64,000 nt of DNA from an uncultured Thermodesulfobacteriota bacterium (GCA_964387595.1 CAYLYF010000004.1:2139-66138); one strand, 5' to 3'; shown: positions 19,296 to 29,718, counted from the first letter of the stretch. Numbers and translations: made by a program. The notes: generated by a model not told the origin, from the letters alone.

Positions 19296-21278
19296 ATGAG
19301 ACGAAAAGCTTTAAATCAATTTACGGATTTTGTAATGGCAGTTCTGGGCCTGCTCTGTCTGCTTGGCAGTCAGTCGGCTTTTGCTCAGGGTGTAATTGTG
19401 ACAGAAGACCAGACAATTGCAGACAAGTTTACACGGCATACGGTAACTGGTATTACTACACCGCAGCCTGTACTGCCTGACGTTCCCGGATTTATTGGCG
19501 CATCATATATAACTATTGAGGATATCGATGAGAATGGAATATTGGATATTATATCCACCTCGGGAATGGGTCTTGATTCTAATCCAATGACTGCTGACGG
19601 GTCGATCGCTCTTTTTACCTGGGACGGCAGTAACAAGGATGTCTGGGTACAGACAATTATTGAAGATACTTTTTATTTTCCCAATGAAACAATTGTGAAA
19701 GATCTGGATGGAGACGGATATCTTGACATCATTATCATGGACAAGTTTATTTTCGGGGACTTTCCGGGTGGAATTTATTGTCTTAAAAATGGTGGCGGAA
19801 CCATTACCGATCCTTCTAACTGGACACGTGAAACAGTTTTCGAAGATTTATCTCTTGATTCTACACACAGTTATCATCGGGCTCAATTCATTGACCTTGA
19901 TAATGATAACTACGATGATATCGTGACAACGAACTGGGACGGCTGGATTGGCTGGCTGAAAAATAACGGAGATGGAACCTATAATAACGGCACTACCGGG
20001 TATAATAAACATGATATCGGAATCGGGGGTGGTTCTCTTTTTATAATGTATGATGTGGACGAGGATGGCGATCTGGATTTAATCGCTCCTCAGTTTCTTA
20101 TTACAGCAGGGATGATGAGTTGTGAAATTTTAGGCGGGCCATCAGGTACTGACCCGCTAGGTGATTCTCTGGTCTGGTTTGAAAATCCCGGTCTGCTTGC
20201 GCTTGCATCAAATCCTGATGTTCTGTGGAACCGCTATACAATAGATAACTGGTATACTTCTATCAATCCCCTAGGTAAGACAATGGAGATTATGGTTTCA
20301 GATATTGACAATGACGGTACCGATGAGCTGGTGGTCAGTAACCACAACCATCAGAACAGTGATGCAAATGGCAATAGAGTCTGGCCTTCCGGAATATACT
20401 TTCTGGAGATTCCAGGTCTGGGCGGTAACTCCGGCAGTCCGGTAGTTTCTGCTGACTGGGTACCCGTAGCCATTGAGACCGGTGATCCGGATTTAGTAAG
20501 AACGATCAATCCTTCAACCGGCAATTATTATCAGCCGTATGAAGATCCGGCTGTTATTAATGATGTTTATGCATCTGATAGAAGGGGCAGCTTCTATGAT
20601 CAGGGCTCTCCCGGTATGGTTCGTGCCGGTGATATTAATGACGATGATAAAAATGATATTGTAGTTCCCGGAGATGGAAAAGGTGTTGTGTATTATTATG
20701 AAGCCGGTGAAAAGGACGGCGCTAACTTGACTTTTAAAAGGGCTACTCTGTATCAGGATCTTCAGTCCATGCCGGGTGAAGCGGAAATTGTTGATATTGA
20801 CAAAGATGGTGATATGGATATTGTTTCTGTAATTTTTGACACAAGCGTTTCAAAGCTGTATCCGTACACCTCAAGTTCTATTTTTGTTTTTGCACAGAGT
20901 TCACCTTCGGACGGGGATGGTGATGGTGTTCCTGATTCGAATGATAACTGTCCGGATGCAGCCAACCCCGGCCAGGAAGATGCAGATAGTGATGGTGCCG
21001 GTGATGTTTGTGATGCGGATACAATTTATGGAACTATCAGTGGAGATATTCAGGAAGGAGTTACTGTACAGGTTGGTATAGTTAGTTGTGGTATTACTGT
21101 TGTGGTAATTTCGACAGAAACAAATGTAAATGGGTACTATTCATTCGGTGGTTTGGAAGAGGGCCTATACCTCCTTTGGGCTAGCGCTGCTGATTATAGT
21201 TTTGTTCCTACATTTAGCTGGCCGCGTATTCCGCAGGCAGTTATTCAGTCTTATGATTTTATTTCAAGCAATAACTGA
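19296..21278 (+). CDS. Secreted FG-GAP/VCBS repeat protein with thrombospondin type-3 repeats
   Basis: Signal peptide; repeated DxDxDGxxD motifs; DGDGDGVPDSNDNCPDAANPGQEDADSDGAGDVCD. Confidence 0.88.
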   Translation: MRRKALNQFTDFVMAVLGLLCLLGSQSAFAQGVIVTEDQTIADKFTRHTVTGITTPQPVLPDVPGFIGASYITIEDIDENGILDIISTSGMGLDSNPMTADGSIALFTWDGSNKDVWVQTIIEDTFYFPNETIVKDLDGDGYLDIIIMDKFIFGDFPGGIYCLKNGGGTITDPSNWTRETVFEDLSLDSTHSYHRAQFIDLDNDNYDDIVTTNWDGWIGWLKNNGDGTYNNGTTGYNKHDIGIGGGSLFIMYDVDEDGDLDLIAPQFLITAGMMSCEILGGPSGTDPLGDSLVWFENPGLLALASNPDVLWNRYTIDNWYTSINPLGKTMEIMVSDIDNDGTDELVVSNHNHQNSDANGNRVWPSGIYFLEIPGLGGNSGSPVVSADWVPVAIETGDPDLVRTINPSTGNYYQPYEDPAVINDVYASDRRGSFYDQGSPGMVRAGDINDDDKNDIVVPGDGKGVVYYYEAGEKDGANLTFKRATLYQDLQSMPGEAEIVDIDKDGDMDIVSVIFDTSVSKLYPYTSSSIFVFAQSSPSDGDGDGVPDSNDNCPDAANPGQEDADSDGAGDVCDADTIYGTISGDIQEGVTVQVGIVSCGITVVVISTETNVNGYYSFGGLEEGLYLLWASAADYSFVPTFSWPRIPQAVIQSYDFISSNN

Positions 21279-21308
21279 AGAAGTTTAGACTTGATATTTT
21301 TTTAAAAA

Positions 21309-21341
21309 AGGCAGGGTTTTTCCCTGCCTAGCTTTCTTTTT
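21309..21341 (+). terminator. Intrinsic terminator
   Basis: AGGCAGGG-TTTTT-CCCTGCCT followed by a T-rich tail. Confidence 0.7.
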
Positions 21342-21692
21342 CAATTTGAGATGAAGGCCGCAGGGCGGGATGAAGAAAATATACAAAAAAAGGGTTTAAT
21401 TCCTGAAGGACAGAAAGACAGAAGCCTTGAAATGATTCCCAAAAAGTTTAACTGGCCAAAAATAACTCCTGATAAAATGATATTGCTTGATGTGAAACCA
21501 GGGGCATATCCTCTTCAAAAGATATGGGAACCGGGCTCTGCAACTATTCGAAATTATGCCGGATGATCGAACTGAAATGCATGTTCTAGCCTCTGATAAA
21601 ACACCGGACTCTCTGGGCGAAGATTTTAAATGGGAAACGAACCGATTTTATAAAAAACCCCAGTCGCTATATCTTGAAAGAAGGAGATAATA

Positions 21693-22502
21693 ATGTTTGT
21701 CGTAATTGTTAAATATACTTTTCTGGTTCTGATGTCTATCATTTTACTTGCTGTTCTGGCGGCAATACCCTTTAGGATCAAAGCCCGGAAAGAGGGGGAT
21801 CGGCTTTATTCCCGGTATGAATCCTATACCAATGAAGTTCTGGCGCAGCGTTTCGAATTGCATGAATTTTCAGTTAAAGCGGAATACAGAAAACTTCATC
21901 CTGCCAAATTTTTAAAGACCATGAAATTTCTGGTAATCAGCCGGCAAAGTGATCGTCTTGCCCGGATTAATTCTCTGGATGCCACCCTGTTTTATTTTAT
22001 AAAAATGTATACCCTGATGCTCCGGCCTGATTATGCCTACAATCTGCCGGTCCTTTCCATTGATTTCATTTTTATCGGCGGAAAGCGGGTCTATGTTATT
22101 GAAATAATTGATCCGGCCAGGATCGATGATTCCAACAAGGAGCGATACTATGCAGAGATGAAAAAATGGATGCCGCAGGTTGCAAAATTCAAACAATCCA
22201 AAGTCAGTGACTGGTTTTTTGACTATATTACGGATTTTAGCATCCATATCTCTGCTGATCGTGCTGATGATGAGTTGCTGTTTGAGATTTACAAAACCTA
22301 TCTGAATGCTTATCTGGACATGGCTGAACATGCAGAAAAAGTCAGCCCTGAACAGAGCCAAAAGCTTAAAGCGGGTCTGGAGAAATTTGTCACGACTCTA
22401 CTTGACAAGGGCGGTCCGGCTGTAAATGTGTTTGAGAAATTTATGGGGCCTGAAAAACAGCGGGAATATATACGGACGGTTATGTTTGGTCTTGAGAAAT
22501 AA
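21693..22502 (+). CDS. Ferredoxin-dependent bilin reductase (FDBR/RCCR)-like protein with N-terminal TM anchor
   Basis: LMLRPDYAYNLPVLSIDFI...VIEIIDP, YLNAYL, and C-terminal GPAVNVFEKFMGPEKQREYIRTVMF match the PcyA/PebA/PebB motif layout; hydrophobic residues 2-26. Confidence 0.7.
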   Translation: MFVVIVKYTFLVLMSIILLAVLAAIPFRIKARKEGDRLYSRYESYTNEVLAQRFELHEFSVKAEYRKLHPAKFLKTMKFLVISRQSDRLARINSLDATLFYFIKMYTLMLRPDYAYNLPVLSIDFIFIGGKRVYVIEIIDPARIDDSNKERYYAEMKKWMPQVAKFKQSKVSDWFFDYITDFSIHISADRADDELLFEIYKTYLNAYLDMAEHAEKVSPEQSQKLKAGLEKFVTTLLDKGGPAVNVFEKFMGPEKQREYIRTVMFGLEK

Positions 22503-22644
22503 CCGAAGTTAAGGAACTTGTCTGTGAGTAATCAGGTTTTTGTATCATTGAATAATAATGCATGGATTGGGAAAGTGTTGAAGTTTTGTGCTTTCTTTGT
22601 TTGTACTATAAACAGTTTTTATAAATAGCTTGGAGGAATAAAAC

Positions 22645-23916
22645 ATGAACTACGATATTGCAATTGTTGGCGCAGGGCCGGCAGGGCTGATGGCAGCCAA
22701 AAGAGCTTCGGAACAGGGATTGAAAGTGGTCCTGATTGAAAAAAGAAAAGATATCTCAAAAATTACCCGGGCCTGCTGTCAGTTTTTTATTATGGATGAG
22801 GACTTCCAGGGAGAGACCATCCGGATCGAAGATAACAGCGTTGTTTTTAACCAAAACAAATTTGAAGTGGCCTACAGCGGCCCGCTTCTGTCCGTGACAG
22901 ATAAATACTTTATTTCACCCGGGGGGCATAAAATTCATTTTGCCCATGAGGATAAAAAACCACTGGTAATCAAGTTTGATAAGGGGCAGTTGCTGCATGG
23001 CCTGCTGGAGGACTGTGTGCGCCTGGGGGTTGAATTTTTAAATGCATCGAAAATAAAAAGTATTGAAGACCGTGACGATAAAATATCTATAAGTTTAACC
23101 CGGGGGAATGGTGAAGAAAAACTTACAGCCAAAAAACTGGTGATTGCAGACGGGGTGAATACGCCTGCAGCCGAGATGCTGGGACTCAACAGCGGCAGAG
23201 CTCTTTTTACAAAAGTGCTGGTAACCGTATCCACTCTGGAAGGGGTAAAGAATTTTGAGCCGGCCACCCTGAAAAGTTATATGGGAGCCGCCTACCGTTC
23301 TTTTGCGCCTGTAATCATGGGCCCTGCTTTTGGTAGTGATGACATGCGGTATCTGGTGCTGATCGGGACTAAGGAGCGAAGGCCGGAAAAACTGTTTGAA
23401 GAAATTACCATGAATAGCCCGCTTAAACCCATGTTTGAAAATGCCCGGATTGTAAAAAAGGCCGCCTGTACGGCAACCGCCTACAGTTCAATGAAGGTCC
23501 CTCATCGTGGAAATGTTCTGGTGATCGGAGATGCGGCTGCATATGTTGAAGTGGAGACTCAGGGAGCGCTGACCTGCGGTTATCGGGCAGCAGATGCGGT
23601 TTTTGATGAGATTGAGAATAAAAAAGGATTTGAAGCGTATACAAAATGGTGGCAGGACTCCTTTGAGTTCAACGGGGATGATTACCTGCAGGTAGCGCAG
23701 GGGTTTGCTCTTGTGCCGACTTATACGGATGACGAGCTTGACTATCTTTTCGCGCTGATTGAAGGGGAAAGACTGGAAGGGACGTATAACCAGTACAAAT
23801 CACCGAAAGTGATGTGGGGAGCAATACTTAAGCATCGTGAAAGAATTTCACTTGAACGTCCGGCACTTATCAAGAAAATAGACAGTAGAAAACTGTTGCT
23901 TTCGGATTCTTTGTGA
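22645..23916 (+). CDS. Geranylgeranyl reductase/FixC-like FAD-dependent oxidoreductase, paralog 2
   Basis: YDIAIVGAGPAG, DISKITR, GDAAAYVEVETQGALTCGY; clear paralog of 9248-10576. Confidence 0.88.
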   Translation: MNYDIAIVGAGPAGLMAAKRASEQGLKVVLIEKRKDISKITRACCQFFIMDEDFQGETIRIEDNSVVFNQNKFEVAYSGPLLSVTDKYFISPGGHKIHFAHEDKKPLVIKFDKGQLLHGLLEDCVRLGVEFLNASKIKSIEDRDDKISISLTRGNGEEKLTAKKLVIADGVNTPAAEMLGLNSGRALFTKVLVTVSTLEGVKNFEPATLKSYMGAAYRSFAPVIMGPAFGSDDMRYLVLIGTKERRPEKLFEEITMNSPLKPMFENARIVKKAACTATAYSSMKVPHRGNVLVIGDAAAYVEVETQGALTCGYRAADAVFDEIENKKGFEAYTKWWQDSFEFNGDDYLQVAQGFALVPTYTDDELDYLFALIEGERLEGTYNQYKSPKVMWGAILKHRERISLERPALIKKIDSRKLLLSDSL

Positions 23917-24153
23917 AACATGTCGGATTTTCAGATAAATAAAAAATCTGTCAGACATTGAACTTATTATTTGATGAGCTGTGAAGATGTAAATACCGTT
24001 TGCCGATAGCGGATTAGAATAAAACTGCTTAATCATAATTGACGGTATCTGCACAGGTTTTTATTTTTGATTTTTTAGATTAACTCGTAATCCATATGGA
24101 ATAATATATAAAGGAAGTAAGATAATTAAGAAAAACAAAAAGAATCAAAAAAA

Positions 24154-24170
24154 TAGTTGACTTGTCAATT
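24154..24170. promoter_or_regulatory. Putative MarR box
   Basis: TAGTTGAC-TT-GTCAATT; same motif at 24278, 33185, 33441, 33941. Confidence 0.7.
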
Positions 24171-24277
24171 GAGAGTGCTATGTTTTATTCAAGAATCAAA
24201 AACTTGGTTTAAATACCTGAATTTTAAATAAATAAAAAGGGCAAATAATTAATTAAAGCAAGGAAATTCAAAACATA

Positions 24278-24294
24278 TAGTTGACATGTCAATT
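24278..24294. promoter_or_regulatory. Putative MarR box
   Basis: TAGTTGAC-AT-GTCAATT. Confidence 0.7.
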
Positions 24295-24482
24295 GTATAT
24301 TAGTCTTTTATTCAGTGAATTTTATGTTTTTATTTGAGCGCTTCCCGGGCAACTGCAGACTCAGACCTGTGATTATTTTAAATAACAAAATCCTGAATAT
24401 ATCTATTTGTCAGAGAGGCGGCGCTGAGTTGTCTTTCCGATGATCGGCATTGGTGTTTCCGAATCTCTTTAAAAGAATGATC

Positions 24483-24653
24483 CTTGCGGATCAATAAGCC
24501 TCTGATGAGCAGAGAGGAAAGGGAGTAAAGTTTATAAAAGAAAAAGGTATTGGAGGAAATGGAAATTTTCTCATTACGGACCCCCTCCAAATAAGAAAAA
24601 ACCTGTTTCCTCTATGCCTTTTGATTTAATCGTAAGGAGGTTGTTTTGAAAAT
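24483..24653 (+). repeat. Copy 2 of the duplicated segment with RNA hairpin (24542-24622)
   Basis: Begins with relic codons LADQ-stop of the GGR gene end and finishes with AAGGAGGTTGTTTTGAAAAT; the stem shows compensatory change versus copy 1. Confidence 0.85.
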
Positions 24654-24699
24654 AAATTGTTTTTCATTATATAACATAATCTTTGAGAAAGGAGGAGGC

Positions 24700-26268
24700 A
24701 TGAAAAACAAATTTAAGCAAAAAGGAGGAGTCTTCTTTTTGGCAGCACTTGTTTTTTTTGGGCTATGCGGAAAGGCCGGGGCGACAATTTCTCTGTATGA
24801 CGGAAAGCTGATATTAAGTGGTTTTGCCAAAGAAACAGTGTATGTGCGAACCGACCAGTCAAAACGTGAGCAGGAGTACAGGGATACGGCACTGGATTTG
24901 GCTAAAACGAGTCTCTACATTGAAGCACTGTATACCCTCAGAGAGTGCCCTGATCTGACGGTGCGAATGTTTACAAGCGTTAAGTGGTGGTATGAGTCAA
25001 CTTCAGGTTTTCTGGATGACAATCAGAGACGACACATTCTCCACCGACACCGTAAGCAATATACTTCGCCCCGAAAATTTGATGATGATATTTTAACGGA
25101 AGCTTATGTTGATATTATTAAAGGACCCTTTCAAGTCCGTCTGGGCAAGCAGATCGTTATCTGGGGTCAGCTGGATGTAGATAAAGTTGCCGATGTGGTT
25201 AACCCGATTGATTTCCGCTGGAATGTGCCGGGGATTGATGCCTGGGAAGAAATAAAAAAGGGACTGTGGATGGTTCGTATGTTCTACCAGACTGATTTGC
25301 CCGGAAATATACTTTTAGAAGGTATTTTTAACCCGGGATACTTTCAGGAGTTCCGGCTTCCCTATGATGGAACACACTGGGGGGTTCCCTATGACGAGCC
25401 TTTTGGCGCTTCAGGTATGACGATATTTGGATGGCAGCAGGAGAAGATGCACCGGGATGCCCGAAGATGGAGTCTGAGCGAAAACTATGAGTGGGGATTC
25501 AGGATCCGGGGGTATTCTCTGGGTATTGACTGGACTTTGCTTTTTTGGAATGCCCCTTCAGACAGTCCGACAGCTGATCCCCGGCGCCTGGGTGATTTCA
25601 GTATGCAGTATGTGTCGGGTGCTTTAGGCGCTGCGATCTTCGGAGGGTCTATCAATCCGGGCAACTGGCCGGAATACAAGGTGTACCGGTATAAACGGCT
25701 TCAGACCTTCGGCGGTACGGCCCAGTACTGTGCCGATTGGCTTCATGGCTCGATCTGGCGTCTGGAATGGTTTTACAACAAAGGGCAGCCCTTTAACCGG
25801 GGAGGAAGGGGAAGTGTTTCTGATATAGATGGCTGGACACGCCGAGATACCTATGGATTTGCAGTCTCCTGCTCTGACAAGTTCCGCCTTCCGGGTGTGA
25901 GCAACACTATCGGGCGGGGTAAGATGCTTGATGTGACGTTGACCTTTTTCTGGGATAAAATCAGGGATAACAACCATGATCTTTATAAAAGTGCCTTGAA
26001 TCACCGGCCCGGTGATTCAACGACTGAAGGGTTTTCAATTTTTCTCATGCAGATGATGTTCAGCGGAGAGTGGACTTTTACTTTTATCGGAAATTACAAG
26101 CCTCGCATCAACAAATATTTCGGCTGTCCGACTATGACCTATTCCTTTTCGGGAAGCCACTGGTATATGGATATAGGCTATAAATTTTACGGTGCAAGGC
26201 ACGGTTATAATTACGGTTCTTATCATGATAAAGATGCGGTCATATTCCGGCTGCGTTATGAATTCTAG
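24700..26268 (+). CDS. DUF1302-like outer-membrane beta-barrel, paralog 2
   Basis: LTEAYVD, VRLGKQIVIWG, DVVNPID, C-terminal DAVIFRLRYEF; ATG 24700 after GGAGGAGG; in-frame TTG 24646 is an alternative start. Confidence 0.8.
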   Translation: MKNKFKQKGGVFFLAALVFFGLCGKAGATISLYDGKLILSGFAKETVYVRTDQSKREQEYRDTALDLAKTSLYIEALYTLRECPDLTVRMFTSVKWWYESTSGFLDDNQRRHILHRHRKQYTSPRKFDDDILTEAYVDIIKGPFQVRLGKQIVIWGQLDVDKVADVVNPIDFRWNVPGIDAWEEIKKGLWMVRMFYQTDLPGNILLEGIFNPGYFQEFRLPYDGTHWGVPYDEPFGASGMTIFGWQQEKMHRDARRWSLSENYEWGFRIRGYSLGIDWTLLFWNAPSDSPTADPRRLGDFSMQYVSGALGAAIFGGSINPGNWPEYKVYRYKRLQTFGGTAQYCADWLHGSIWRLEWFYNKGQPFNRGGRGSVSDIDGWTRRDTYGFAVSCSDKFRLPGVSNTIGRGKMLDVTLTFFWDKIRDNNHDLYKSALNHRPGDSTTEGFSIFLMQMMFSGEWTFTFIGNYKPRINKYFGCPTMTYSFSGSHWYMDIGYKFYGARHGYNYGSYHDKDAVIFRLRYEF

Positions 26269-26291
26269 AATTAGGAAGGAGAGATTATTTT

Positions 26292-27560
26292 ATGAAAGTA
26301 ATAAATCACAAATTATGGCTTAACGGGCTGGCTGTATGGGCAGTATTATGGGCAGGTATTGTTTCAGCGGCGGAAATTGATTATCCGGTTGCAGCTTATT
26401 TCGGAGAGGAGCTTGCAAAGGTCAGGGCCTGGGAAAAAACATGGGCCGGCAAAAAGATCGACGGAAGCAATATTGATCAGGTTGCCGAGTTTTTGCCCGA
26501 ATCATTTGCCGGGATGTATAAAGAACCGGAAAAGTGGGCAGCTCCAGAAGAAGGTCTTTTTTTTAATATTGTTCCTTATCAGCGGGTTATGGACACTCAG
26601 GGCATGATTGATGCGACCCAAAAAAATGCGCCACTTGTTAAGACCAATGATGACGGAACCATAGTGAATTATGCGGGGCTGGCCGGGATCCCTTATCCGA
26701 CACCGAAAACAGGACTTGAAATTGCCTGGAACTTTGATTCTACCAATCATGGAGACAGCGCGCATTACAAACGGAATTCTCCCAATATTAACCCGAAAAC
26801 CCGGTCGGAGCGGTTTGGCGATCAGGAGCAATGGGAACTGTATTTTGTTCACCGTACAGAACTTGATCCTAAACCCCAAATTCCAAAGAACCCGAAGGGG
26901 TATCATCGCGGAACTTTTATCCATATGTGGGGTCCGCCGGAGTTCATGAATACGCGTTATTTCTCGATGCGGTTTATAGATCCGAAAAAAGATGATTCCA
27001 TGTATATGTGGTACCAGGCCTTTCGGCGCATCCGGAGAATGTCCACAAAACAACGTTCAGACGCGGTTGATGGAACAGACCTTATTTATGATGATGAGTT
27101 CTTTTGGGATGGTCATATTATGCGCAACACCTATGAATTTAAAGGCACCAGAGAACTGCTCTGCTCTCGTCATCAGGATATGAAAAAAGTAAGCCGCGCA
27201 ACCGGTCAGATTGTGCCCAATAACCTGGATCTGGAGCGGACAAAGCTGCTGGTTGTTGAAGTCATAAATAAAGACGCTAATTATATATATGGAAAGCGGG
27301 TCTGGTATGTGTGCCCGGAGACCTACATTATTCGCTGGACGGATATATATGATGAAAAGGGACGTTTCTGGAAGACCTTTGCCATGTTTACAAATGATGT
27401 AAAAACAAAAACCGGCGCTGTTAAAAATTTTATAGTGGGGTATTCGCTTATAGATTTTCAGCGAACTCACGGCGGGTATAATATCCAGGATATCCAGGGT
27501 ATCAGTATTGATGTGAACCCGAAAATTTTTACGATCAGTAATCTGCAGAGAACGTATTAG
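26292..27560 (+). CDS. DUF1329 periplasmic protein, paralog 2
   Basis: GIPYPTPKTGLEIAWN, RRIRRMS, ends SNLQRTY like paralog 1. Confidence 0.88.
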   Translation: MKVINHKLWLNGLAVWAVLWAGIVSAAEIDYPVAAYFGEELAKVRAWEKTWAGKKIDGSNIDQVAEFLPESFAGMYKEPEKWAAPEEGLFFNIVPYQRVMDTQGMIDATQKNAPLVKTNDDGTIVNYAGLAGIPYPTPKTGLEIAWNFDSTNHGDSAHYKRNSPNINPKTRSERFGDQEQWELYFVHRTELDPKPQIPKNPKGYHRGTFIHMWGPPEFMNTRYFSMRFIDPKKDDSMYMWYQAFRRIRRMSTKQRSDAVDGTDLIYDDEFFWDGHIMRNTYEFKGTRELLCSRHQDMKKVSRATGQIVPNNLDLERTKLLVVEVINKDANYIYGKRVWYVCPETYIIRWTDIYDEKGRFWKTFAMFTNDVKTKTGAVKNFIVGYSLIDFQRTHGGYNIQDIQGISIDVNPKIFTISNLQRTY

Positions 27561-27630
27561 TAATCAATTTCAATTAAAAATCGTTTTTATGGCTTTTTTA
27601 AATTGAAATTGATTCAGGAGGAAATGAAGT

Positions 27631-29718
27631 ATGGACAAAAAACCAAAAAACACGTTTATTACAGCCTGTCTTTTTTTGGCGGTTTTATTAGCCTTAACAG
27701 TTGTTTGTTCTGCTGATGCGCAAACAGTTCCTCCAGCGATTGAAAGCATAACAGCAGAAGACAACTCAATCTGGGAAAGGGTATCAACGGAAGGGTTCGG
27801 TAATTCCAATAATATCGGAATCAGTGCTTTGTGCGCGTATAATGATAATTTGTATGCCCTGACACGAAATGATGTTGAAGGGTTTCAGCTGTGGCAGGCC
27901 GGAACAGCCGGCTGGACCCGGCTGAGCATACCGGGTTTTACTGACAGCGTGCGTCAGCCTTTTTTAAACGGCGGTTACAGTGCCATGACTGTTTTTGACA
28001 ACAGGCTGTATGTGGCGGTTGGTTCCGGGTATGAGGGAGACATGCTTTTCCGCTCTGTCGGCCTGGAAATCTGGCGCTTTGACGGGACAGTCTGGCAGGC
28101 CGTGATCAGTGATGCAAGAAGTGATGGCCAAAAAGAATCCGGGCAGATTACATCTCTGAGCGATTGCGCTGCTGATGATACGGCCATGACTGCGCTGGTT
28201 TCTGACTCAACCAAGGCCTGGACAGTTAACCAGTGGGCCGGAGGTGTGCTGAAGATATCATCCGGTGACGGTGCGGGCCGGGTTTTTGATATTATCAGCA
28301 ATGATAATACGACTTTAACCATTCAGCAGAATGAGGCGGCAACAGAGGATGAATATACGATTTGCGCTTCTTTTGCGCCGGATGCAGACCGCTCGGAGAT
28401 GACCGTTGGCTCGGTTGCTCAGAGTGACAGCTATCTTGTGACGCTGGGCTGGAAAGCAAACGGTTTTGGAGAGATCTGGAACAAGAATCTTATTGGCTTT
28501 GAAGAATACCAGGGCCGTCTGTATCTTTCTGTCGCGCTAAATTATGCGGACGGGACCCGGGTTTGGCGAAGTTCCGACGGTCTTGAGTGGGAGCCGACTT
28601 CAGAGTACAGTTTTGGTCTGATGCATGGTTATGATATGGACGGGGTTGAAACCGGTTTTTGTTTGGTAGACGGTTATGAATACCGTAATGGCGGTCCGGT
28701 TTGTTCCAGCGCCACATATCTGCATGCCAGTGATGTGACGGGTACGGAAAGCCTGTTCGCGGGCGGAACCGGTTCGACCGGCTGCAATGGCCGAGGGGCA
28801 AGGGTATTAAAATATGACGGAACGGAGTGGGCGTTTTTAGTTGATTATTTTGTAGATACTGATGATGAGGGTACGAATGAAAACGGGCTTGGCGATGCAG
28901 CCGATTTTTTAAGCGCTAATTTTCAGGCCTGGTCCTGGGCGGATTATGATGACCATCTTTTTCTCGGTATCGCCCGGACAATTGGCAGCCGAATCATGTA
29001 TACTGCGACAGGAGACACGGCCAATGATTCATGGAAATATGCTGTGGGCGGTGACGGGCCGATGCCGGATGGTTTTGACGGGGCCGGTGGGCTTCTGGGA
29101 TATGGAAGGGGACTGGGATCTCATCTGTATACATATAATAATGCGTTGTGGGCAGCCTGTTTTGTAAACGCGGCTGTTGCAGGCTTACCGTGGAAACTTG
29201 ATGGGGCAGATATCTGGCGGGCAACCGGGTCAGCGGACGCTTTGGTTTGGACGCGGATAACGGACAACGCCTTCGGCAACCGGGGAATTATTACCTTTGG
29301 CAATCCTGTTGAATTTGACGATACCCTGTATGTTGGGGGTTCAAATATTTTTGGAAACTTTACGGAAAACGCTGCTCCAGACGGAAATGGATGTCTGGTT
29401 TTCAGGCTGGCCAGCCGTTCAGACTGGATCGATCTTGACAGCCTGGATGCAGACGAGAAGAAGTTTTTCATAGACCTGTCTTGGACGGTGGATACTTCAT
29501 CGACGATTAATGGATATAATGTGTATGTATCACGTAATTCTGATATGCTTTTTAAACGAAAGTTAAACCTGAGCCTGATTGAAGATACCAGTTTTATCCA
29601 CGGCATTGTATGGCCGGGAAGCAAGTGGTGGTATGTGATAGAAGCGGTCGGATCAGATGGTAAAACAGCAGTTTTTGGGCCAGTCCCATCGACGGCAAAG
29701 AAATTTTTTGAAAACTGA
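27631..29718 (+). CDS. Secreted beta-propeller-like protein with C-terminal FN3-like domain
   Basis: Signal peptide; repeated (F/Y)xxxLY and (I/V)WR blades; LSWT...GYNVY...YVIEAV at the C-terminus. Confidence 0.65.
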   Translation: MDKKPKNTFITACLFLAVLLALTVVCSADAQTVPPAIESITAEDNSIWERVSTEGFGNSNNIGISALCAYNDNLYALTRNDVEGFQLWQAGTAGWTRLSIPGFTDSVRQPFLNGGYSAMTVFDNRLYVAVGSGYEGDMLFRSVGLEIWRFDGTVWQAVISDARSDGQKESGQITSLSDCAADDTAMTALVSDSTKAWTVNQWAGGVLKISSGDGAGRVFDIISNDNTTLTIQQNEAATEDEYTICASFAPDADRSEMTVGSVAQSDSYLVTLGWKANGFGEIWNKNLIGFEEYQGRLYLSVALNYADGTRVWRSSDGLEWEPTSEYSFGLMHGYDMDGVETGFCLVDGYEYRNGGPVCSSATYLHASDVTGTESLFAGGTGSTGCNGRGARVLKYDGTEWAFLVDYFVDTDDEGTNENGLGDAADFLSANFQAWSWADYDDHLFLGIARTIGSRIMYTATGDTANDSWKYAVGGDGPMPDGFDGAGGLLGYGRGLGSHLYTYNNALWAACFVNAAVAGLPWKLDGADIWRATGSADALVWTRITDNAFGNRGIITFGNPVEFDDTLYVGGSNIFGNFTENAAPDGNGCLVFRLASRSDWIDLDSLDADEKKFFIDLSWTVDTSSTINGYNVYVSRNSDMLFKRKLNLSLIEDTSFIHGIVWPGSKWWYVIEAVGSDGKTAVFGPVPSTAKKFFEN

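Noticed and set aside
21351-21566. 71 aa ORF faintly resembling the C-terminus of a PNPOx-like protein (KITPDKMILLD...QKIWE)
   Set aside because: Possibly a relic, but similarity is too weak by eye and there is no SD; needs a profile search.
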